The notes under the pieces: generated by a model
Database searches by the model: none
What the model saw: only the letters and a program-made list of their open reading frames with translations
What the model was told of the DNA's origin: nothing
DNA from: a bacterium
Lineage (GTDB): Bacteria; Verrucomicrobiota; Verrucomicrobiia; Chthoniobacterales; UBA6821
Reading direction: 5' to 3'
DNA: 64,000 nucleotides
Assembly (NCBI GenBank): GCA_021849805.1
Contig: JAJZSL010000002.1
Span: 81,229 to 145,228 of the forward strand
In this document: piece after piece, positions 47,658 through 57,261 of the stretch
Layout: each line of letters opens with the position of its first letter
Numbering within the stretch: position 1 is the stretch's first letter
Position numbers and translations under genes: made by a program

Positions 47658-48635
47658 ATGGCCTTTTCAAAACAAAGAATTCTTACACTATTTCAGAAAG
47701 CTATTCTTGAAGATCGTCTGGCTCATGCTTACTTATTGTGTGGTTCTTCTAAGGAAGAAGTAGGGATTGTCAGTGAAGAGGTAAGTGCATTGATTTTGAA
47801 GTGTCATTTAATGCATCTTCCAGAGCATCCAGATTTTTATCAATTAGAGCCAGAATCTAAAGCTCGTAAAATTCTCATTGAACAAGTACGTCACCTTCAA
47901 GAGGCTCTTCACTTGAAAGCTCAAGAAGATAATTCTTATAAAATTGCACTTATTCATGATGCTGATCGCATGGTCCCCGCAGCAGCTAATGCTTTCCTCA
48001 AGACGTTAGAAGAACCTCCGGAAAAAACAGTTCTTTTTTTAGTTACCTTACTACCTCAAGCTCTTTTAGAAACAGTTCGGTCACGATGCATCACTATTTG
48101 GATACAAGAAAAAGAGCATGCTATTGAAAATCAGTATGCCAAGGAGACTCGAAAAATCTTAGATCAGTTTTTCCAAAAAAAAGAAATACTTGGATTAACA
48201 GCTGCCTTTCAAAGTGCACGTGCGCTGGAAGAACTCTTATCTCAAGCAAGAAAAGCAGCACTGGAAGAAGTAGAAGAGGAGTTTGAAAATGAAAAAAAGC
48301 GTTATGCTCAAGCAACAGATGGTTCTTGGCAAGAGGAGCATGAAGAGCGTTTCAGAGCAGCAGCAGAATTGATGGCTCTGGAAGTTCGCTCATTATTGCT
48401 TACTGCCATAGAAGATTACTTAGGAGCTCATTTAAGGAAGCTTTATCAAGCAGAGGGAGGAGAGAGTCGTCATGAAAAAATAGCCTCCTTACTACGTGCT
48501 CTAGACGTTGTTCAGGCTCTTGGTCATTTTCTCGAGCAAGGAATTCAAGAATCGTTGGTTCTAGAAACCGGGTTCATTGAGTTAGCTCAGGCTCTTGAGG
48601 GGACTTCACTATTGACTCTTAGCTCGAGTCGATGA
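47658..48635 (+). CDS. holB: DNA polymerase III delta-prime subunit
   Basis: RLAHAYLLCG, DADRMVPAAANAFLKTLEEPP and SRC (VRSRCITI). It follows tmk, as in many bacteria. Confidence 0.8.
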   Translation: MAFSKQRILTLFQKAILEDRLAHAYLLCGSSKEEVGIVSEEVSALILKCHLMHLPEHPDFYQLEPESKARKILIEQVRHLQEALHLKAQEDNSYKIALIHDADRMVPAAANAFLKTLEEPPEKTVLFLVTLLPQALLETVRSRCITIWIQEKEHAIENQYAKETRKILDQFFQKKEILGLTAAFQSARALEELLSQARKAALEEVEEEFENEKKRYAQATDGSWQEEHEERFRAAAELMALEVRSLLLTAIEDYLGAHLRKLYQAEGGESRHEKIASLLRALDVVQALGHFLEQGIQESLVLETGFIELAQALEGTSLLTLSSSR

Positions 48636-49283
48636 GTAGGAAAAAGTTCGAGAGGCTACTACTATATAATAAGCCGTGGTAGCACCAACCCAAGCGCCAG
48701 CGACGCAATCACCAAGAAAATGATAATTATTAGCAAGAAGTCCGATAATAATGGAAAGAGCAACTAAAAGGCCTAAACAACGGAAATAACGATTCGAATA
48801 AGTCAGCCAAAGCGCTGTGAGGAAAGCAAGAGCAACCGTGGTGTGACCCGAAGGGAAAGATTGATAGATGACTCCTTGATGGAACCAGTGGAAACCATAA
48901 GCATGATCGTGAATGAGTGAAGGGTTATTATTGGTCCAAGTACTAGGCCAATAGCGACCAAAAGGAGCTTTAAGAGCATCTTTGATAAAAATGGAAATGG
49001 AAACACTATTGGCGATGATTAAACCTGGCCATGATTTCTCTCTAGGATCTCTTTGTTTAGAAAATGACCAAGCAAAATAGAAATAGTAGAGAGCACTCCA
49101 AATCATGATTAAATCAACGAAGTGGGTTGCATAATTGAAGATAGGGAATCGTTTAAAATTTTCATGATCAATCCAAAATGCGAAGGTGAGATCAGCCCAA
49201 AAATAACAAAGAAGGATCAGAAGTATTGTTGTGACCAGAGAGAGTAGCGTCTTTCTGAAAAGAGAACTTATAGAGTAATTCAT
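48609..49283 (-). CDS. PAP2-superfamily membrane phosphatase
   Basis: There are multiple transmembrane segments, an FPSGHT motif and a later HFLGD motif. Its 3' end overlaps the convergent holB by 27 nt. Confidence 0.7.
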   Translation of the reverse strand: MNYSISSLFRKTLLSLVTTILLILLCYFWADLTFAFWIDHENFKRFPIFNYATHFVDLIMIWSALYYFYFAWSFSKQRDPREKSWPGLIIANSVSISIFIKDALKAPFGRYWPSTWTNNNPSLIHDHAYGFHWFHQGVIYQSFPSGHTTVALAFLTALWLTYSNRYFRCLGLLVALSIIIGLLANNYHFLGDCVAGAWVGATTAYYIVVASRTFSYSSTRAKSQ

Positions 49284-49334
49284 AGAATAGAGGAGGAGAG
49301 GTTGATTGTTTAAAAGAGATAAAGAAAACTTTTT

Positions 49335-49937
49335 TCAAGAAAAATATCCTTTTCTACTAGCATCACTAATCATTTCTTTAGCTACTTGCCAGAGCACACT
49401 TGAGCCATCACCAATTTGCTGATTTTTTTGGAGAATCTCCGTGGGAGTCAGTGAATATTTCTTCCAAAGTTTGTGTTCAGAGTGACAATGAAGCAGCATC
49501 GGCATCCAGCGATCAATACTAGTAGCGAATTTAGCTTCGGGAGTTTCTCGCTTCTCAAATTCCATCCAAAGTAAGAGAAGTTTCTTGCCTTGATCAGAGG
49601 GTAAGAGTCCAAAGATTTTTTTTGCAGCTTCCTCTTCTTTTGATGCAAGTTGGCTATCAGCTTCTTTATGATAGTGAAAAACATCTCCACAATAAATCTC
49701 AATGAGATCATGAAGGAGTAGCATCTTGATAACGTGGGAGAGATTGACTTTCTCATTGGCATACTCTGCTAAGATCATGGCAGCTAGAGCGAGATGCCAG
49801 CTATGTTGAGCAGCATCTTCAAAGCGATCTTCTTGGAGGATTTTTGTTTTGCGCAGAATGGTTTTCAAGCTATCAATTTCAAGAAGAAAATCGATTTGTT
49901 CTTTTAATCTTTTTTGGGAAAAGGGTTTTATTTTCAT
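49335..49937 (-). CDS. HD-domain metal-dependent phosphohydrolase (YfbR/HD_3-like)
   Basis: RFEDAAQHSWHLALAAMILAEY and LLLHDLIEIYCGD supply the H...HD...D metal ligands. Confidence 0.7.
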   Translation of the reverse strand: MKIKPFSQKRLKEQIDFLLEIDSLKTILRKTKILQEDRFEDAAQHSWHLALAAMILAEYANEKVNLSHVIKMLLLHDLIEIYCGDVFHYHKEADSQLASKEEEAAKKIFGLLPSDQGKKLLLLWMEFEKRETPEAKFATSIDRWMPMLLHCHSEHKLWKKYSLTPTEILQKNQQIGDGSSVLWQVAKEMISDASRKGYFS

Positions 49938-49959
49938 AAGAACAACCTGATTGAGTAAG

Positions 49960-50679
49960 TCATTTCAAGGCTTCTTGATAGGAGAGGATGGTTTTCTCTA
50001 GTCCAAGGTAGAGAGCATCCACAATCAAAGCATGTCCAATACTTACTTCATCGATCCAAGGGATCCTCTTTTTTAAAAAATGAAGATTTTCTAAATCTAA
50101 GTCATGACCTGCATTGAGCCCTAATCCTAGCTCTCGAGCTCTTTGAGCAGCCTGGAGATAGGGTGCGATCGCTTTTTCTCTAAAACCAAGGGCATATTTT
50201 TTTGCATAATCTTCTGTGTATAGCTCAATACGATCGACTTCTAGTTCAGCAGCTCCTTCGATCATCGTGAGGTCAGGATCAAGAAAAAGAGAAGTTCGAA
50301 TTCCTGATTTTTTAAAGAGAGCAATATATTTTTTTAATTCTTCCTGCTGCTCAAGTGTATTCCATCCATGATCAGAGGTGAGTTGTCCAAGGGTATCGGG
50401 AACAAGGGTAACTTGGTCAGGTTGCACTTCTAAGACAAGATCTACGAATTTTTCATAGGTGGGATTACCCTCAATATTAAACTCAGTCGTAATTTTTTTT
50501 TTAAGCTCACGCACATCTGCGTAGCGAATATGGCGTTCATCAGGACGAGGATGAACTGTGATTCCATCGGCCCCAAAGCGTTCACTATCGATAGCTACTT
50601 GGAGCACATTGGGAAGGTTGCCTCCACGAGCATTTCTCAAAGTGGCAATTTTATTGATATTGACCGAGAGTTTTGTCAT
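49960..50679 (-). CDS. pdxJ: Pyridoxine 5'-phosphate synthase
   Basis: [30 protein letters not shown] and NIEGNP; 239 aa. Confidence 0.9.
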   Translation of the reverse strand: MTKLSVNINKIATLRNARGGNLPNVLQVAIDSERFGADGITVHPRPDERHIRYADVRELKKKITTEFNIEGNPTYEKFVDLVLEVQPDQVTLVPDTLGQLTSDHGWNTLEQQEELKKYIALFKKSGIRTSLFLDPDLTMIEGAAELEVDRIELYTEDYAKKYALGFREKAIAPYLQAAQRARELGLGLNAGHDLDLENLHFLKKRIPWIDEVSIGHALIVDALYLGLEKTILSYQEALK

Positions 50680-50909
50680 GAATTTTTTGAAGTTTTAGAG
50701 AAAAATGATGGCAGCTAAAGCTCAAAACCATAGCGTAGGTAGAGGCGATGAGCCTTATTACGGGTGTAGCTGCTATCCAGATGCACTTGATCACAATGAT
50801 ATTTTTTTGCTCCTAAGGTGTAAGGTGTGGACGTAGTTCCAAATAAGCATCAAAACAAGCACTTATTTCCTCAGAAGAGGTGACACATTTTATGGGCATA
50901 AAATGTTGG

Positions 50910-52862
50910 TTACGCAATTTTTATTGCAAAGAGATGAGCAGGGTGAGTGAGAGGATGAAGTGATACAAAGTTATGAGCGCCTCTCCAGGAGTACGATTCC
51001 TCCGTGAGAAGATCATGGACTCTATAGGAGTGGTTCGGCGGAATTTTTAAATAATCAAGAGGGAGTGTAATTGTTGATTCTTGCTGAGCGTGAGGATTGA
51101 GATTCACGATGACTAGAAGGTGATTCTCCTCTTCCTCCGAGGATCGTAAGTAGGCAATAATGGAGCTATTATTGCTAGGACAAAAGCGAAGGTAGTGCAT
51201 GCTTTGAAGAGCACGATTGTTGCGGCGAATCTCATTGAGACGTGTGATCCAAGGTTTGATGTTGCCAGGAGCATTCCAGTTGCGTTCTTTAAACTGATAT
51301 TTTTCAGAATCGAGATATTCCTCTTTTCCTGGAAGAGCTACATTTTCACAAAGCTCAAAGCCACTATAAATTCCATAGAGAGAAGAGAGTGTCGCTGCTA
51401 GAATAGCTCTAATCATGAAGGCAGGGCGACCTCCTTCTTGAAGGTAAAAGGGAAGAATATCAGGTGTGTTGGGAAAGAGATGAGGACGGAAGTACTCTTT
51501 CATTTCTGACTCAGTGAGCTCGTTGAAGTACTCCTCAAGTTCTTCTTTGCTGTTACGCCATGTAAAGTAGGTGTAGCTCTGAGTGAAGCCAACTTTTGCT
51601 AATTTTTTCATCATTGCTGGATGAGTAAAAGCTTCACTTAAAAAAATGACTTCTGGAAATTGTTCTTGAACGCGAGCAATAACCCATTCCCAAAAAGCCA
51701 CTGGTTTAGTATGGGGATTATCAACACGGAAAATATGAACTCCCTGAGAAGCCCAAAAAATCAAAAGGCGGAGCATCTCCTCCCAAAGCTCACGCCACTG
51801 GACATTATAGAAATTGAGAGGAAAAACATCTTCATATTTTTTAGGAGGATTTTCAGCATATTTGATGGAACCATCAGGTCGATGGAAGAACCACTCTGGG
51901 TGCTCTCTCACATAAGGGTGATCAGGAGAACAGTTGAGTGCAAAATCAAGCGCTACTTCCATGCCTCTGGCTTCGATCTCTTGGAGAAGCCATTGAAAGT
52001 CCTCCAGTGTTCCTAAAAGAGGCTCGATAGCATCATGACCTCCAGCTTCAGAACCAATAGCATAAGGAACACCAGGATCTCCAGGGAGAGAGGCAAGAGT
52101 ATTATTGGGTCCTTTACGACCAGTGATTCCTATAGGATGAATGGGCGGGAAGTAAATAACATCAAATCCCATCGCTTTGGCATCATCGATTCGTCCTAGA
52201 GTATCTCGAAGAGAGGAGCCAGTCTCTTTTTTTCCTTCTGCGGAACGTGGAAAAAATTCATACCAGGCTGCAAAGCTAGCTGCTGGGCGATCCACACGCA
52301 GAGAGTGAAAAGGTGTATAAGTTGTCGAGAGAGAACGATCTGGATAGCAGTGCATCAAGGTGAGTAAGGATTCTTTTTTTAAAAACTCTTTCAAAAAAGT
52401 AACCGTTGGTTCTCTCCTTAATTGATCGGCATGGAGGAGGAGATCTTCTCTCGCCTTAGCTTGCTCTGATCGTTCTGCAGCGCTGCGTAGGAGAAGGAGC
52501 CCCTCTTCCACTTCGACTTGCAGATCATGAAGGCCTGCCTCTATTTTTTTCTCAAGATCACTTTTCCAAGACTCAAAAGGATCGCCCCATCCTTCAATGG
52601 TATACTCAAATAATCCAATGGTATTGGTTTGAAACGATGCTTCAAAGCGATGATTACCCAGGTTCCTCATAGGAACTTCTTGCCAGAGTAAGGTATTTTT
52701 AGGACGCCATTTCAGTAAGGCTCGTAGAGTATCATGACCTTCTTTGTAGATGGTTGCTTGGAGCTCCACGGGCTGACCTAACGTACGTTTGATGGGGAAT
52801 TTTCCTCCTTCAATGGAAGGAGAAATATCTTCAATAATAATGCTTGGAAAAGGAGAGGGCAC
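50910..52862 (-). CDS. glgE: Alpha-1,4-glucan:maltose-1-phosphate maltosyltransferase GlgE (GTG start)
   Basis: The GlgE-specific N-terminus is IIIEDISPSIEGGKFPIKRTLGQPVELQATIYKEGHD. The GH13 catalytic regions are GFDVIYFPPIHPIG, IFRVDNPHTKP and FLSEAFT. Confidence 0.85.
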   Translation of the reverse strand: MPSPFPSIIIEDISPSIEGGKFPIKRTLGQPVELQATIYKEGHDTLRALLKWRPKNTLLWQEVPMRNLGNHRFEASFQTNTIGLFEYTIEGWGDPFESWKSDLEKKIEAGLHDLQVEVEEGLLLLRSAAERSEQAKAREDLLLHADQLRREPTVTFLKEFLKKESLLTLMHCYPDRSLSTTYTPFHSLRVDRPAASFAAWYEFFPRSAEGKKETGSSLRDTLGRIDDAKAMGFDVIYFPPIHPIGITGRKGPNNTLASLPGDPGVPYAIGSEAGGHDAIEPLLGTLEDFQWLLQEIEARGMEVALDFALNCSPDHPYVREHPEWFFHRPDGSIKYAENPPKKYEDVFPLNFYNVQWRELWEEMLRLLIFWASQGVHIFRVDNPHTKPVAFWEWVIARVQEQFPEVIFLSEAFTHPAMMKKLAKVGFTQSYTYFTWRNSKEELEEYFNELTESEMKEYFRPHLFPNTPDILPFYLQEGGRPAFMIRAILAATLSSLYGIYSGFELCENVALPGKEEYLDSEKYQFKERNWNAPGNIKPWITRLNEIRRNNRALQSMHYLRFCPSNNSSIIAYLRSSEEEENHLLVIVNLNPHAQQESTITLPLDYLKIPPNHSYRVHDLLTEESYSWRGAHNFVSLHPLTHPAHLFAIKIA

Positions 52863-52896
52863 GTTAGTAATCGTAATGGGTACTCCTAGGGGGGCT

Positions 52897-53904
52897 TCAA
52901 CATCCAGAAGGACTCATGGAGGATAGAAGAGAGAAGAGTTTTTCAGAGCGATAGCTGGGATGGAGTTGCTCTAAGACAAGGTGCAGTCGCTTGAGTGCTG
53001 TGGGAACATGTTCTAGAAAATGAGTTTTACCACGATGAAGCCCCAAGTAGCCATAGCAACCTAAAGCCTGCATAAGGCGTTGAGCAGCACACTTCCAGAA
53101 AACTTCTTCAAGATCAAAAGGAAGAGAGTAATTCTGTTTTTCGATTTCCTGTTCATAGAAATGAAGTAATTCTTTTTGCTGGGAGCTAGTGAGTGTTACG
53201 TAAGGGTCAAAGAGTAAAGAGGCCAGATCATAAGGAGCAAGACCGGCCCGCATTCCCTGAAAATCAATCAAATAAGCTTCCTCACGGAGCAGGAGAATAT
53301 TTTGAGATTGAAGGTCACGATGAATGAGCTGGCGAGGAAGTTCTGCTAAATGACTGGAGAGATCTTCCAGAGCCCTGCAAGCAAGTAATTTTTCTCTGGT
53401 GATAGGATCAACTTTAAGAAGGGATCCCAGAGCATATTCAAAAAAATAGTTTTGCTCAAAGCGATAGAGCTCTTGATCAAAAGGTTTCTGCAAGATGATT
53501 CCTTCTGCTTGAAGTTGAGAAAGGGGGAGAGCATGAAGTCGTGCAATCTGAGTGAGAGTACGCTCATACCAAGGACGTCGTAGTTCCCAGGAAGTAGTAC
53601 GAATACTCCAGAGAGTCTGATTTCCTAGATCCTCAAGCCAGAGCAAAGAATCCCCTGCGCTTTCTCCTAGCAGATGAGGCACGGAAATTTTTTTCTTTTT
53701 TAGAAAAAGAGCATGGTGACCATAGTGGTTATTCTCTTCTTTTTCGCGATTATAGTGAACAATGATCAGTGAATTACCATGGTCATTAGTACAACGATAG
53801 AAGTGACGATCCGAGCCACTTTGCTCAAGAAGTGTTAAAGAACTGTTTTTAAAGTGAGAAAAACGTTCTTTTGTTTTTTCTAGAATATGGTGAGCAGAGA
53901 TCAT
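52897..53904 (-). CDS. APH/AmgK-fold phosphotransferase (anomeric sugar kinase-like); candidate maltokinase by context
   Basis: The catalytic loop is LIHRDLQSQNILL, followed by YLIDFQGMRAGLAPYDLASLLFD. This closely resembles the AmgK-type HRD...N / DFQ...YDL.SLL pattern. It sits between glgE and glgX. Confidence 0.6.
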   Translation of the reverse strand: MISAHHILEKTKERFSHFKNSSLTLLEQSGSDRHFYRCTNDHGNSLIIVHYNREKEENNHYGHHALFLKKKKISVPHLLGESAGDSLLWLEDLGNQTLWSIRTTSWELRRPWYERTLTQIARLHALPLSQLQAEGIILQKPFDQELYRFEQNYFFEYALGSLLKVDPITREKLLACRALEDLSSHLAELPRQLIHRDLQSQNILLLREEAYLIDFQGMRAGLAPYDLASLLFDPYVTLTSSQQKELLHFYEQEIEKQNYSLPFDLEEVFWKCAAQRLMQALGCYGYLGLHRGKTHFLEHVPTALKRLHLVLEQLHPSYRSEKLFSLLSSMSPSGC

Positions 53905-53982
53905 CTTCTAGTGATGATGATCGGGGAGAAGCTCGATGGCAAGCGCTCAAGGTTTTTCTCCTTTTCCAAAACTTGCTGGTGT

Positions 53983-56070
53983 TCATAGTTGTGCTTTTGA
54001 CATCAAGATGGCAATAGAGCGCGGTTCTAGTAAGTAAGAAGAGTTTTTTAGAGGAGGGGCATCGCTCCAAGATAGAATATCATTGGGGAATTGTAGGAAA
54101 GTATCAATACAACGCCGCCAGGGGGAATGAGAAGAATGGCAAGGGGGAATTTGAAACTCTAATTTTTTCCAGTAAGTATTGATCATGAGATGAATCATCA
54201 CCTCTTCCTCCACATAGTGCATGGTGGCTGCTAGAGCATGAGATTGAGGACCAAAGTCAGGAGAGTGAAGTTTTACTCCATGCCACTGAATTGATTCTTC
54301 GGTGAGCATCTCTCGTAATGTTTTGCGATGTTTACCACAGAGGTAGTGATGGTCTAAGCGGAAGCGAATTAGTTGTTTGGTGAAATGATAAATATCTTGA
54401 TGTTTTTTCAGTAACGACCAATCAAACCATCCTAGTTCTCCAGATTGACAATAGGCGTTATTATTCCCATGTTGGGTTCGTCTGACTTCATCACCAGCCA
54501 AGATCATCGGTGTTCCTACAGAAAAAAAGAGGACTGTTAGAAAATTTTTAATTTGGCGATTTCTTAATTTTTCTACTTCAGGATTGTCTGTTGGCCCTTC
54601 TATACCACAGTTCCAACTGTAGTTGCTGTTTGTTCCATCTCGGTTATGCTCTCTGTTGGCTTCATTATGTTTCTCGTTGTAGCTAACAAGATCATTGAGT
54701 GTGAAACCATCGTGGCAGGTAATAAAGTTAACACTTTGATTAGAGCTACGCTCTTCGTTCTCGTAAATATCGGGGCTACCAGTCATCCGATAAGCAAAGG
54801 AGCGAATGATATTATTATCACCTTTGAGAAAAGAGCGCACATCATCACGAAAGCGGCCATTCCATTCATTCCAAGCATCACCAGGAAAACAGCCAACTTG
54901 ATAGAGCCCCGCAGCATCCCATGCCTCGGCAAACAATTTGATATTGGCTAAAATAGGATCTGATTCAATATCCCAGATTGTTGGTGGATAGGACATCGGC
55001 TTGCCTGATTCATCACGAGAGAGAATAGAAGCAAGATCAAAGCGGAAACCATCAACATGCATCTCTTTAACCCAATAGCGTAAGGAATCTAAAATAAGAC
55101 GGCGAACAATTGATTCGTTAGCGTTTAAAGTATTACCACAGCCGCTAAAATCAGCATAAGTTGATTTATCTTGACCTAGGATATAATAAGTTTCGTTGGC
55201 AAGACCGCGAAAAGAAAGCGTAGGTCCATCTTGATTGCCTTCTGTTGTATGATTGAAGACAACGTCAAGAATGACTTCAATGTTGGCACGATGGAGCGCT
55301 TTAACCATGGCTCGAAACTCATCGAGTGCAGCTAGAGGATTTTTTTCTGATGCATAGTGAGGGTGTGGTGCAAAAAAAGAGAGTGGCTGATACCCCCAAA
55401 CATTTGTTAACCCTTCTGGTGCATCTTGAGGATCGAAAGCAAAGACCGGAAGCAATTCTACAGCAGTGATTCCCAAATCTCGAAGATAAGGTATTTTCTC
55501 AATAACTCCTAAGTAGGTTCCTTGTTTTTGAGTAGCGATATTGGCATTGGGATTACTCGTGAAGGTCCCTACGTTCATTTCATAAATAATCGTTTTGCAT
55601 AAGGGATGTCGCGGATGAACATCTCCTTCCCAATCATAAGCTGAAGAATGAACAACAACATTCTTAAGGGCACTGGCACTATTATCACCAGGAAGTGCAG
55701 CAGCTCGACGTGATCGTTTTGAAGGAATGGCTAAGCATTTTCCATAAGGGTCAAGCAATACTTTTTGAGCATCAAATCGAAGGCCTCCAGAGGGATGAAA
55801 AGGACCATACATCCTCCAAGCGTAAATTTGACCTTCGCCAATTCCTGGAATAAAAATATGCCAATAATGATAAGATCTATTTTTTTCAGGAGTTAAGCGA
55901 AAAACATGAGCTGGTTGAAGGTCCTCAAGAGAGTCAAAGAGCAAGAGTTCAGCTTCTTTAGAATGTTTAGAGAAAATACTAAAATTCACTCCATAGGCAT
56001 CAACAGTAGCTCCCAAAGGAAAGCTTTGGCCAGCGCCTTCCCCAAAAGCAACCGTGATTTCTTCAAGCAT
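53983..56070 (-). CDS. glgX: Glycogen debranching enzyme GlgX (GH13_11)
   Basis: The N-terminal CBM48-like region is PLGATVDAYGVNFSIFS. GH13 motifs are ILDVVFNHT, GFRFDLAS, AEAWD and FITCHDGFTLNDL. Confidence 0.9.
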   Translation of the reverse strand: MLEEITVAFGEGAGQSFPLGATVDAYGVNFSIFSKHSKEAELLLFDSLEDLQPAHVFRLTPEKNRSYHYWHIFIPGIGEGQIYAWRMYGPFHPSGGLRFDAQKVLLDPYGKCLAIPSKRSRRAAALPGDNSASALKNVVVHSSAYDWEGDVHPRHPLCKTIIYEMNVGTFTSNPNANIATQKQGTYLGVIEKIPYLRDLGITAVELLPVFAFDPQDAPEGLTNVWGYQPLSFFAPHPHYASEKNPLAALDEFRAMVKALHRANIEVILDVVFNHTTEGNQDGPTLSFRGLANETYYILGQDKSTYADFSGCGNTLNANESIVRRLILDSLRYWVKEMHVDGFRFDLASILSRDESGKPMSYPPTIWDIESDPILANIKLFAEAWDAAGLYQVGCFPGDAWNEWNGRFRDDVRSFLKGDNNIIRSFAYRMTGSPDIYENEERSSNQSVNFITCHDGFTLNDLVSYNEKHNEANREHNRDGTNSNYSWNCGIEGPTDNPEVEKLRNRQIKNFLTVLFFSVGTPMILAGDEVRRTQHGNNNAYCQSGELGWFDWSLLKKHQDIYHFTKQLIRFRLDHHYLCGKHRKTLREMLTEESIQWHGVKLHSPDFGPQSHALAATMHYVEEEVMIHLMINTYWKKLEFQIPPCHSSHSPWRRCIDTFLQFPNDILSWSDAPPLKNSSYLLEPRSIAILMSKAQL

Positions 56071-56099
56071 ATCCGAGAGAGGTCTCTTGATCCTGATCC

Positions 56100-57254
56100 C
56101 TAGGAGATAGAACTAACCTTAGTTAAGCGACGCAAATGTCGGCTAGCATGACTATAGCTACTTTTGAGATAAGTCTGTGTAAGATCCCATGCTTCTTCAA
56201 CTCCCATGGTTCTTCCTCCCAAACAGAGGATATTGATATGATCATCTTCAACCCCTTGTTTAGCAGAAAAATGATCTCCAATGAGTGCAGCTCGAACTCC
56301 TGAAACTTTGTTAGCGCAGACACTAACCCCAACACCACTGCCACAAACGGCAATGCCACGAGCAATGGTTCCTTGAGAAACAGCTCTTGCAAGAGGAATC
56401 ACGTAGTCCGGATAATCATCTCCTGAAACAAGAGAAGAAGCTCCAAAGTCGGTAACAAGATATCCTGCAAAACGAAGACGTCGAAGAAGTTCTTCTTTGA
56501 GCTCAAAACCACCATGGTCAGAAGCAATACCAAGAGAGAGATGGAAGTTCCTTTGTAAGGATTTATTTAGTTCATCAGCTGCACTCTGATCTGCAAAAAG
56601 TGTTGCCTTCTGCTGGTCGATTGTTCCTGCAGGAATAAATGATTCACGATTGATGAGATGACCTAATGCCTCTACTTTGTCAGCACCAGTAACAACCCAA
56701 AGTATTTTTCTAGATCGATTGATAGCTGGATAAGTCAGTGTCATTCGTTGATGATGCTGATAGGTACCAGTGATGGCTACATCTCGATCAAGGACCTTCA
56801 AAACGGGATCTTCTGGAATTAAGGAAGCTGTGTGACCATCAGCGCCAAGTCCAAGATGGATGACATCAAAAATAATAGGAAAACCAGCGATGGATTCAAT
56901 GAGACGTGCATATTTTTTAGTGGCACTTCCGAGATCCGTTTCTTCAACAGGCATGGCGTAAATTTGATCTGCTTTCAGAGGCACACAACTTAATAAAGTT
57001 TCTTGTAAGTGTGTTAAATTACGATCAGCTGATCCACGAGGAGCAATGCGCTCATCAACTTGGAAAAGATGAACACTTTCCCAAGGGATACGCTCGCCAG
57101 CAAGAGCCTTTAGCATCATCCAAGGTGTTTTACCACCACTGAGAGCAATGATAAAACGACCACGTTGCGCAATAGCTGAACGAGCTTCTGCAGCAATAAA
57201 GGCAGCAGCTTCTTGAGCAACAGTACTAGCATCAGGAAAAATATTAATATTCAT
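56100..57254 (-). CDS. Fusion protein: 6-phosphogluconolactonase (N-terminal) plus ribose-5-phosphate isomerase B (C-terminal)
   Basis: The N-terminal half has the Pgl/DevB pattern (IALSGGKTPWMMLKAL...VHLFQVDERI). The C-terminal roughly 145 aa have the RpiB/LacAB pattern (IASDHGGFELKEEL...GIAVCGSGVGVSVCANKVSGVRAAL...NILCLGGR). The start is trimmed to the ATG at 57254, 7 nt after the zwf stop. Confidence 0.8.
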   Translation of the reverse strand: MNINIFPDASTVAQEAAAFIAAEARSAIAQRGRFIIALSGGKTPWMMLKALAGERIPWESVHLFQVDERIAPRGSADRNLTHLQETLLSCVPLKADQIYAMPVEETDLGSATKKYARLIESIAGFPIIFDVIHLGLGADGHTASLIPEDPVLKVLDRDVAITGTYQHHQRMTLTYPAINRSRKILWVVTGADKVEALGHLINRESFIPAGTIDQQKATLFADQSAADELNKSLQRNFHLSLGIASDHGGFELKEELLRRLRFAGYLVTDFGASSLVSGDDYPDYVIPLARAVSQGTIARGIAVCGSGVGVSVCANKVSGVRAALIGDHFSAKQGVEDDHINILCLGGRTMGVEEAWDLTQTYLKSSYSHASRHLRRLTKVSSIS

Positions 57255-57261
57255 AAATTTG

